Positions 11,481 through 22,700 of a DNA stretch of 64,000 bases are shown piece after piece; position 1 is the stretch's first letter, and every line of letters begins with the position of its first letter. The DNA is from Macrostomum hystrix. Lineage: Eukaryota; Animalia; Platyhelminthes. Below the pieces are notes generated by a model, which was not told where the DNA came from, did no database searches, and was given only the letters and a program-made list of their open reading frames with translations. Both the position numbers and the translations under genes were made by a program. The stretch lies in NCBI GenBank assembly GCA_950097015.1, contig CATNEN010000001.1, positions 25,048,001-25,112,000 on the forward strand. Direction: 5' to 3'.

Positions 11481-13419
11481 ATTTACTAGATAACTTACCT
11501 GTCACTTTCTTGATTTTTGCCTGCGCTCACCGATCGAAAAATTTTAGAAATACGATCTCGACGCATACTTAGTACTCATTGCTCACGAGACCGCCAAAAC
11601 TTTCATTGGACACAGGCCACTAGCCAATGCTATCAACGCAAATAGTTCGGGCTTTGTGAGCTCAATACAGATTACAAATAAAAAGTGCAAGATGCTACTG
11701 TTCGCAAAACTTAAAAGTAGTATGGCTATGTAAAGACACGAGTGTTATTGCAATGCTCACCGCTTCAATTTGTTCTACCTCAAGAACTCGCGAGAGAGGG
11801 CACTCCAGATCAGGAAATTAAGCTTAGACACGACAAATTTGCTTCTGACAAGCCAACAATATCTCAATGACTCCCTTAAGTTAGTTAACATGGTATGCAA
11901 CGGCATTTGGTCAGGTAAACTTCCAACTGCCGTTCCAGCAGTCTTAGAATCTGTTTTTTTCTGGATAAATTTCGCATTTTACATCAGAAACCTGAAGTCT
12001 TGCTAAAGCCGTGCAGCGCAATATTAAAACCACAGGAAAATAGTTAAATATTTACTATATCCACAATAATAACAACAAATCGATCGGCGTCTAATTGCAA
12101 ATTCAGTTTTCTGGGCACGAATGGAGCTCTTGAGCACGGCAGGGACTTGCTCAAACTGGCACAATGGACTGGGGGGCGACTCCGAGGGTGAGAACTCGGA
12201 GAGTTGGCTCCGAGACAATTTTTTTCAGCTGCCATTGGTTTCACTCTGTGCTCAGCTAGCAACAACTGCTCAGCACTGGTCCAGACTGCACTCTATGCTC
12301 ACTTCCAAAATTCTCATTTTGTGCCTTCATTCAAATTTCCGGTCCTTTTCTATATTGGACTTCTAATTAAGCTCTGCTTATGATGGGGATGATTAGCGAG
12401 TGAAATCCTTTGTCAAAGTGCCTTGACCATTGTGACAAGAAAATGCAACTTTACAAGACAATCTGAGGTGCTACGCAATTGCAAAACATATTTAAATTTC
12501 ATCAGACTCAAGTTTTAGCTTTTTCTACACATATCGGCTTGCTGAAGAACCCTAATAGCTATACCAGGACACAGTAGCAATGCGGATAACGTTTTGTTAA
12601 TTTGGTTTTCGTCCCGCCTGTAATAACTTATTGTCTCCACATGCAATGTTTCGAATGGTAAATAAGCTTGCTGGCTGGTGCAAACACAAGTCGTGCACCA
12701 AAAGCATTGCTAAGAGTTCAAAGGCTCTCGACACGCCAGACTGCTTCTTTCTGTCTCCGTTCAAAAATAGATAATAAAAAGAAGCAATTAATTTTACTTG
12801 GAGCGCTATTGAATAAGCTGCGCTGGCGAAGAGCAGGGAAACGAAAGGAGGGAGGGCGCTGAAAATTGTAGTCACTATCGATTTTACAGAGCTACCAAAA
12901 CCAACTCCCCGCTGGCAATCGGCTGCCAATTATAAGCCCAGCAACCTCGACAGGAATGCAAAACAACAATATCTAAACGTGTTGCAGTCGCTGCAGAGAG
13001 GCTCCCGAATTCCCCCCTGCGGTAGGCGAGGGGATTCGCGAGACAGATCACTTCCGCAATCGGCTATTCCTCTGCTCGAGAAGGACAGGCATCGTTGCCA
13101 GCCAGTCAGAGGGGAGAGAAATCATGACCGTCGAGTCGAGGGAGATCTCTGGCTGCTCTTCTTCTCGGGAGAGTGAGTATAAGACTCTGCGAACAGTTTG
13201 AGAAACTGCCACCGAACTAACCGCTATACTGCTGAAGCGTTGTTCCTGATTTCATCAGCTTGAACAATCGAACTAATTTATAATAAACTTCTTTGAGCCC
13301 AGGTAAGTGCACTTGTACCAATTCGTTATACATTAACAGGTATGCAAATCGTTTTCTCAGCTAGCACACGCAAACACCTACACAAGGCTGCGCTTATGTT
13401 TGAGGTGCCCTGTTTTTAC

Positions 13420-13725
13420 TTTTCCATCGTCAGGCAGTGCGCACCCTCACCGTGCCTTGTGGGCTGGCCCCAGAGGGCGTATATTGCACAATAATAATAA
13501 TAATAATTTCAGGAGGGCTGCGACGCACATCATTTGACACTAGACCCGCAGCCAGAGAGGAGACAGTTCTGCCCATTTCGCTCAATCCTGAGCACACACG
13601 CACACATACGCTCGTATACCTTACGCGGCACATGCTAGCACAGGTGTGTACATCTGCCCTGACTTTCTCATCGTCAGGCAGTGGACACTCACTGTGCCTT
13701 GGAGGTTGGCGTAAATTTCATGACA
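13420..13725 (-). mobile_element. Two abutting or nested SINE family A pieces (13420-13490 and 13491-13725)
   Basis: A body fragment CATCGTCAGGCAGTG..GGGCGTATATTGCAC is followed directly by the (ATA)n tail and body of a second reverse copy. Confidence 0.8.
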
Positions 13726-13764
13726 AATCCACAAAACAAAACCACATATAGTTTCAAAGCCGAT

Positions 13765-16700
13765 ATGCAGCACGCCTCAGCATCGCTGACGGACCAGCAG
13801 CCTTCGATGCCAGCGCAATCGCTGCAGACCGAAGCCCCGACATCGCCGGGTCGCCACATGGCGCTGCTGCGGTCCAACCTGCTACGCACTGTGAACTACT
13901 GCCTGTTGTTCTCCCTGGTTGGCATGTCCGACGCCAGCCTCGGAGCTGCGCTGCCCGGACTGGCCTGCCTAGCTCGGACAAGTGAGCAGCGCATCGCCTA
14001 CCTGTTCCTGTTCCACGAGCTGTCGGTGCTGCTGGTCACGCTGCTGGTCGGCTGGCTCAACAGAAGGTTGTCTGCTTATATATATATATTATACACTACA
14101 TTTTACCGAAATTTTATCAAAATATGATATAGAAAACTGTCCCTAGCCGTCAGAGAACTGTCAGTAAAATGTAAAACGCATTAAAACAAGTTTGAACATT
14201 GCAAGAACGCTTTCAAAACACTGTAAGAACGCTGTCAAAACACTGTAAGAACACTGTCAAACACTGTTCGAACGCTGTCAAAACACTGTCAAAACACTGT
14301 AAGAACGCTGTCAAAACACTGTAAGAACGCTGTCAAAACACTGTAAGAACTCTGTCAAAACACTGTAAGAACGCTGTCAAAACACTGTAAGAACACTGTC
14401 AAACACTGTTAGAACGCTGTCAAAACACTGTAAGAACTCTGTCAAAAAATTGTAAGAACTCTGTCAAAACACTGTAAGAACGCTGTCAAAACACTGTAAG
14501 AACGCTGTCAAAACACTGTCAAAGCACTGTAAGAACGCTTTCAAAACACTGTAAGAACGCTGTCAAAACACTGTAAGAACGCTGTCAAAACACTGTAAGA
14601 ACACTGTCAAAACACGGTAAGAACGCTGTCAAAACACTGTCAAAACATTGTAAGAACGCTGTCAAAAACTGTAAGAACGCTGTCAAAACACTGTAAGAAC
14701 GCTGTCAAAACATTGTAAGAACTCTGTCAAAACACTGTTAGAACGCTGTCAAAACACTGTCAAAACACTGTAAGAACTCTGTCAAAACACTGTAAGAACT
14801 CTGTCAAAACACTGTAAGAACACTGTCAAAACACTGTAAGAACTCTGTCAAAACACTGTAAGAACACTGTCAAAACACTGTAAGAACGCTGTCAAAACAC
14901 TGTAAGAACGCTGTCAAAACACTGTAAGAACGCTGTCAAAAACTGTAAGAACGCTGTCAAAACACTGTAAGAACGCTGTCAAAACATTGTAAGAACTCTG
15001 TCAAAACACTGTTAGAACGCTGTCAAAACACTGTCGAAACACTGTAAGAACTCTGTCAAAACACTGTAAGAACACTGTCAAAACACTGTAAGAACACTGT
15101 CAAAACACTGTTAGAACAAATAGTGTTAAATTATTTGCAGTGTTAAATTATTTGCAGTGTTAAATTATTTGCAGTGTTAAATTATTTGCAGTGTTAAATT
15201 ATTTGCAGTGTTAAATTATTTGCACCCTAGTGCAAATAAATGCCGCCGCCTCCTGGTGACGCTGGAGTCCCCAGCGCTTGCCTCGGCCAACACGGAGAGC
15301 CGCGCCCTGGTGCTGCGGCTGCCAAGTGCGGCAGGTCGGGAGGACGGCGTGGACAGCGAAGCACCCGACGTCGCACCGAGCGGCGAAGGGAACGCAACCG
15401 GCGAGGGCGAATGAAAGGCCGCCTCCGCCAGTCTGCTGGCAACACTGATCTGCCGACCCCCGCCCAGTCGGCTCCGCCGGGTGGCGCCGGGGACCGTGAG
15501 GCCCACCAACATCGGGCCCCAGCCTTTACAAACCGCGCTCTAAGGCTAGCAACCTTTAACTGCCGAACGCTAAAGTCTGCCTGGAGAAGGGGCATGCTCG
15601 CAAAGCTGGCATCTGACCTGCGGCTGGACCTCGTCATGCTGCAGGAGGTGTCAATCACTGCTGAGTCTGGCCTACACCGTGAGGATCTGGGGAGCGGCTG
15701 GACGCTGCACTACACATCAGCGGACAGCAGAGGCCGTGGAGGAGTCGGCGTGCTTGTCGGACCACGGCTACGCGAGAGCATCTGCTGCGTCAGCCTGTCA
15801 GCCCGACTGCTGCGCGTGGACGTGAGACTACGTCGCCGCAATGTGCGGCTTTTCTGTGCGTACGCTCCCACAGCTGCCCATCAGCAGGAGGCGCAGGAAT
15901 TCTTCGAGTTCCTGTCGGAGCAGCTCGAGATGGTGGCGCATCGCGACACTGTGGTGATGCTCGGTGATCTCAACGCCGTAGCGCCGCGGTCCCAGCGCTG
16001 CCCGTTTGTGTCGCCACGCCAGAACGCCAACACCGCCGCGCTTGCGGACCTGATGGCGAGGCTCGACCTGGTGTCAGCCAACACGCGCTTCCGCAAACCG
16101 CCCAACCGGCTGGCGACCTTCGCCGGCTGCAAGCGAAGGAGGCGGAACGCGCGAGGCCGATTCGCTACGACCCGCTTGGCGCAGCTCGACCACGTGCTGA
16201 TTCGCCATCGCGAACGCAGCCGGCTGCAGAACTGCGACACAATGGAACCCCTGGCTGTCCGGTCCGACCATCGCCTGCTCTACTGCGACCTGAGGCTCTC
16301 TGATCCGCTGTACCGACCACCAAAACGCCCTAGAAGAAGGTACTTCCGCGCCTTGCAAGACCCAGGCACCCGCAGCAGGTTTGCGTACGCCTTCGCGACC
16401 GCCCTGGGATCAGCGCAGGCGCCGGACTACAGCACAATTAGCTCAGCCATCGCCACTGCCGCTGCCAAGACTCTGCCGCTTATGGAACCCGCGTCACGGC
16501 AACTTCCAGTTTGGGCGAGCGACCCGGAGGTACGTGAGGCCCGCCGCACTGTCGAGCAGCTGCGGCGAGCCAGGCGACCGACATCCGATGCCGAGAAAGC
16601 CCTGGCAGACGCCTACGCAAGTCGACAGAAAGCCGCTGTTGACGACGCGATCCGGGCTGTCACCTCTGTCGGGCCTGAACGGCAGAACAGGGTCGTCTGG

Positions 16701-19700
16701 CCCGTTGTGAACGCCCTCACCGGTCGCAAAACGAAAGCGGCGCTCAACCTGGCTGGCGATACTGCCGAGGAGCGCAGAAACGAGCTGCGCACCTTCTTCG
16801 CCGCCATTGTCAACGCGCCGCCGCCGACTCTGCCGAACGAGATGCCGCTGCCCCCCGAGGTGGCGCTACCGCGGCAGGAGGACTTCGACACCAGTCCAGT
16901 GACCAGCACCGACATCGTGGAATTCGCCCGCAGGGCACCGGGAGGCCGCGCCCCCGGTCCGGATGAGGTCCCCGTAGAGGCACTGCGAGTCACAAGGGTT
17001 GCCACCGAGGTGGCCCGCGTGATGAACGGCGTCCTGGCGGGAGGCCCTGCGCCCCGCGAGTGGACCCAGGCCACCATCGTCGGCATCCCGAAGAAGCCGG
17101 GCACTACAAAGAAGGAGGAGCATCGCGGGATCTCGCTCATGTCCTGTGCCGCGAAGCTGTTCAACCGGGTGCTGTTAGCACGGTTACAGCCTGTGCTGGA
17201 CTCGTTTCTGCGGTACGAGCAGAATGGGTTCCGGCCCCGTCGCGGCACGGTGACTCAGATCCTGGCCCTCCGTCGCATCATCGAGGAGGCGCGCATCCAC
17301 CAGTCAAGCCTTGTCGTCATCTTTGTTGACTTTCTCAAAGCTTTCGACTCGGTGGCCCGCGGCGCGCTGCCTCACGTGCTCCGTGCCTACAACATACCGC
17401 AGCAGCTGATCTCCGCCATCATGGCACTGTATCAGGACACCACCGCTGTGGTAGCGACGCCAGACGGACCGTCGGACCTGTTCAGCACTACCTCCGGAGT
17501 GCTGCAGGGTGACACCCTGGCGCCTTTTCTTTTCGTGCTGGTGATGGACTGGGTGCTCAGGACCGGCCTGCCGACTGCAGAGGACGGTTTTCTGCTTCAA
17601 AGACGCACTAGTCGACGGCACCCGGAGAAGAAGTTGTCTGTCCTCGGCTACGCGGACGACCTTGCCCTGCTGTCTACGACGGCCGAAGGCGCCCAACGGC
17701 TGCTGGATGGCCTGACTGCGGCGGCGGCGAGGGTCGGCCTCGCTATCAACGCCATGAAGACCGAGGTGCTGACGGTGCCGCAAAACCTACCTGCCGAGAT
17801 TCGACTAAGAGACGGTGACGGCCCCGGGACCGTGCTCCCGAAGTGCCGTCAGTTCGTCTACCTCGGCGGACTGGTGCCTGACGTGGGCGACGACCTGGCG
17901 AGACGACGCGGCAAGGCCTGGGCCGCCTACCGTTCTGTGCGGGCGGTGCTACTCTCCGAGGCCCTGTCGAACGGCGCCAGGTCCCAGCTGTTCCAGGCAG
18001 TTGTCGAGACCGCCCTCTTGTACAATGCTGAGACCTGGACGATGACCGGGGCGCTCGAGGCGCAGCTCGACGCGGCGCATGCGGCCCTAGTTCGCGCCGC
18101 TTTCGGCGCCCGCCGCGGCCCTGGCAGCGAGACAACCGAGTCCCTGTACCAGCGTGCGCGCCTAACGCGGCCTTCTGTCCTGCTGAGTCAGCGGCGACTG
18201 CGGCTGGCCGGGCATGTCATCCGCGCCGAAGCCTACTGCCCAGAGCCGCTGCAGGATGTTCTGCTGTGGACCTCGCAGGGACCGCGCAGGCGCGGCCAGG
18301 GACGTACAGCCCGCTATATTGACCGCCTTTTTGAAGACGCCCGAGCACCCAGCCAGGCGGCAGGCGTGAAGCACGTCAGAGACCTGGCACTGAAACGCGC
18401 GTTTTGACGCTCCCCCCTCTTGGCCACTTCTGTGGTCGGCGTGGAGTGTAACTATTATTATTTATTATTATTAGAACACATTTCTGGCATTTCGAACTAT
18501 TTGAGTGCAGCATGACCGAACCGCGAATACCTTTGCGCACATTATATTGGAAGGAATGCAAATTATCCAAACTCACCTCTTCCGTTGTTCGAGCTTGGAA
18601 ATAGTGAGAGGAAGTCCACTACAATGTCCGTGCGCCATTTTGTATCTACAGCGCTTTCAAGGCTAGATTAAAAATATTTTTTCTTGGGGAGCAGGAAAGC
18701 AAAGCTTAATCCGCTGTCTTCAAACCCACAATAGATGACCCAATGCATCCTAATCTTCTTTAAATCCCTTCCTTTAGAACAGAAAAAGAGACACAGTGTT
18801 ATCAATTTTAATCCTCCAGTTCTAATGAAATCGGCACAACCTTGACGAGCCAACCTTCTATTTCAATTTTTCAGTAATATCTTCGTGGAAGAATCGCGCC
18901 CAAGGAGGTGAGTTTCTCTTGAAATCTTGATCAACCACGGAGCAATGTTTAGCCTCCAGCAATGCTTCGATTAAGTGACTATAATTAAGCTGATCGTTCA
19001 ATGCGAATATCGATTTTAATTTATTTTGAAATCCGGAATACAAGAAAAAACACTATACTGGTACAAAATTCCTAAAAAATTCTCGATTGTCTTTTTTAAG
19101 TCACAATCGAAACGACATATAGGGGAGTGCCTGATCGTAAAGGAGCGGAAATTAACTGCACCTGTGCGGGCCTGGGTTGCATTCGTAATGTGTCTGTGGC
19201 GCAGCAGTAGAGGGAAGTTTCTGGGTGCTAATTAAACGTATTCAAAAGGCACTATATCCTTCTTATGTGTATGAAATGCAACCGAAATATCAAATACAGT
19301 CGGGTTATTCGTGGAATTCGTGAGTTGCAAATCAATATTAAGACGAAAGTTAGTAGGTTACTCAAGCAGAAACTAAGTTGTGGCTTTGAACTTTAAAAAA
19401 ATCGGCCAGCCAAAAAAGATACATTTATTTTTCACAATTCTGAAAACACCCGACAGAGCATACACTCAGACTTTGGAAGCGCAACTCAAAACCTGCGGCC
19501 GTCACTGGCTGCACAGTTCAATAGCGGAGAGTTAAGTGTCTTTCTAAAGGACAAAAGCCGTTTTCACTTGGACTAAGATTCGAACTTGAAACGTTTGTAA
19601 AAGCAATGTCTAGCCACTTGAAATACACCCGGTTCTCAATCCTATCAATGAAGGTCGCCAGATAGGGAGTACGAACGGTTTAACGCGTTTGCCTCTCGCA

Positions 19701-22700
19701 CCAAGGTCCCTGAGCTCGATTTCGCGTCGAAGCCACATATATTTGGGGCGCAGCCGCGGAGAGAAGGCTTGGGGGCTTGTCGCGTAATTTACGCCCTTGA
19801 GGGCCAACCTCCAAGGCACAGTGAAGTCTACACTGCCTGACGATGAGAAAGTCAGGGCAGGTGTACACACGTGTGTGAGTTTGTGCCTGTGTAAGGTATC
19901 TGTGTGCGTGTGTGCTCAGGAGTTAGAGAAATGGGCAGAATAGCCTCCTCACTGGCTGCGGGTCCAGCGTCACCAGATGATGTGCCATTGCCCGCAGCCC
20001 TCCTGCCATTGTTATTATCATCAGGACGCCAGAGTCAGATTAACTTTGATCTGTCAATAAATCGATAAATTCGAGCTCAAATACTCAAATTTGCTTCCTA
20101 GCCGCCTAGGGGTGCACCTGCTGCTGCTAGCCGTGGCCACCCTCATGCCCTGCTGCTTCGTGCTGGTGCCGCAGTGTCGCAGCCTCACCGGCCTCGGATT
20201 CGCCTTCAGCGCCATGGGCCTCCTGGAGGGTTGCCTGGAGTTCTTCTGCAACGCCCAAATGCTGCGACTCTACCGCAGCGAAGCCGGGCCGTTTCTGCAG
20301 GCCATGTTCTTCTTCCAGAGCCTAGGCGCCTTCGTGTCCCCCCTGATCATCGGCGCCTTCCTGTCCAACCCGGCGCCGCACGAGTGGCTCAATTGCACCC
20401 TGTCCGAGGCGCAGGTGGCGGCCGCGGAGGCTGCCCCCAAGCATCCGGAAGTCTCTGCTGCTAGCGTCTACCTCATTGACGAAGAGCTGGAGTCCGTGCT
20501 CGCCAGTGTTCGATACCCGTTCTTTGTCATCGCGGTCATTCAGGTGAAAGGACGATCAACTCTCTAATGGTGTCGTTTCACCTGCTAGTCCTTGCTACTG
20601 ATAGCTTCTTACATCCCTTAAAATGCGAAGCACATGTAATTGCAACCCATCACTCACATATAACAGTAACCCAACATCGCCAAAAGTATCTCTCACAACC
20701 GGAAGCATCACCCATCACTGAAGGCATCCCCCATCACAGGAAGTATGCCTTTCCTCATCACCGGAAGTATCCTTTCCTCCGTCACAGTTATCCCTTCCCC
20801 ATCACCGGAAGCATCCTTTCCTCCGTCACCGGTAGTATCCCTTCCCCCATCACCGGAAGCATCCTTTCCCTCATCACCGGATGTATCTCTTCGGCCATCA
20901 CCGGATGCATTCCTTCCCCAATCACTGGAAGTATCCCTTCGTCCATCACCGGAAGTATCCCTTCGTCCATCTCCGGAAGTATCCCTTTCCCCATCACCGG
21001 AAGTATCCCTTTCCCTATCACCGGAAGTATCCCTTTCCCCATCACCGGAAGTATCCCTTCCCTCATCACCGAAGCATCCCTTATCACCGAAGCAGCCCCC
21101 ATCACCGGAAGTATCCCTTCCCTCATCACCGAAGCATCCCTTATCACCGAAGCATCCCCCCATCACCGGAAGTATCCCCTTCCCATCACCGGAAGTATCC
21201 CTTCCCTCATCACTGGAAGTATCCTCTTTCCCATCACCGGAAGTATCCCCTTCCCATCACCGGAAGTATCCCCTTCCCACCACCAGAAGTATCCCCTTCC
21301 CATCAGCGGAAGTATCCCTTTCCCATCACCGGAAGTATGCCCTTTCCCATCTCCGGAAGTAGCCCTCTTTCATCACCGGAAGGATCCCCTTTCCCATCAC
21401 CGGAAGTATCCCCTTCCCATCACCGGAAGTATCCCCTTTCCCATCACCGGAAGTATCCCCTTCCCATCACCGGAAGTATCCCTTCCCCCCATAATTGAAA
21501 TCATCCCTTCCCTCATCAACGGATGTATCCCTCATTGTAGGCACCCAGTGGGCGCGCGATCAGTCGTGTAGGCCCTGAGTTATATCGTAGAGTGGGTTGA
21601 GCAGCGAGCGATTAATGTACATCTGCGCCTATCACGTGCACGTTGCATGTACATCACCAAATATCAAATATAATCGATTGCTCAGAGCCTTTTTCGTCAA
21701 CACAATTGATTGTTCTCTCGGCTCTGCACTCCTTACACTGATCATCACTGGAAGTATTCCTTACTTTGTCTGCGGAAGTTTCCTACGAGCGTACAATCTA
21801 ATAATGATGCAGTACAGATGATACAGTAGATCTAACCGGAGGAATTTAAACCAAAATCTGGCCCCCTGCACCGCAGACCCCAATCATGGCATCGATGTGT
21901 GTGCTGACATACAAGGAAGCGGCCAGGTATTCAAATAGCGGACAAGAGATCCTCAGCGGCGATGGTGAGCAAAAGCAGTTTTCGGATATAATGAAAAAAC
22001 GCGAATAAAACTCTTGCCAATAGATCTCAAAATTCTGAATTTGGCATCATTTTTAGACGACGATGAGGGCAGCACAGACGACAAACCTGCTGCCATCAGC
22101 GCGCCCACCTGCTGCATTTTGCTGTTCGCTTCTCTGTGCGCCTTTGCGCTAGACGGAATTCTGGTTAGTTGTCCCGGATTTTAGCTAGTATTAAACTAAA
22201 CTATTCTTCAGATTCGGAGCTAGGGACCATGCAGTATTGTTTTTTGAAGGACGCAAATCACTATTATGAATGCAGCCTTCAAATTTGGATTGGCCAGAAT
22301 TAGTTGTAGCCATTTTTAGAACAGCCGCGTGAGGAATCTAACCCTAAGTTTTTGGTCAAGCCAGTTTACTCGTAATTAAGTTTAAGTAATAAAAAGTGAA
22401 GGATGAAACTTAAGTCAAGGACTATTAAGGTATAACTATTAAACTAGTCGTCCTTGACGAAAGTACGAGTGCAACTCGCAAGCCTACAAATTTTAATAAT
22501 AATTGTAACACTCCGAAAACTCCGAGTGGAACTGGAAACTCGTTTCCAGGTTTTTAGCCAGTTGCGCTGTAAATTTTACACATGTACAAATATACATGTC
22601 GCCGTACAGTCCATGGACTGGGGGGGCAAAACCTTACCGAAAAATGCTCGTGTCCTGTGGCGATCCCGGCGAACGAATGAGAGACCAGGAACCGGCGATC

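Larger units (their letters stand above)
15119..18470 (+). mobile_element. Apparently full-length RTE-clade non-LTR retrotransposon in MFS intron 1
   Basis: Single EN-RT ORF, short 3' UTR and (TTA)n tail at 18453-18470. Flanked by an 8-bp direct repeat TTAGAACA at 15111-15118 and 18471-18478. Much more GC-rich than the flanks. Confidence 0.93.

Noticed and set aside
15881-18374. Antisense and alternative-frame ORFs within the RTE and other GC-rich exons
   Set aside because: Shadow ORFs of GC-rich coding sequence with no recognisable motifs.
19830-19960. Hammerhead ribozyme in SINE A (CTGACGA...GAAA)
   Set aside because: CTGAC is sequestered in a hairpin with GTCAG, and no stem I/III or UH cleavage triplet can be formed.
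20567-21571. Overlapping 119-334-aa repetitive ORFs, and likewise those at 47015-47880
   Set aside because: Translations of intronic minisatellites.
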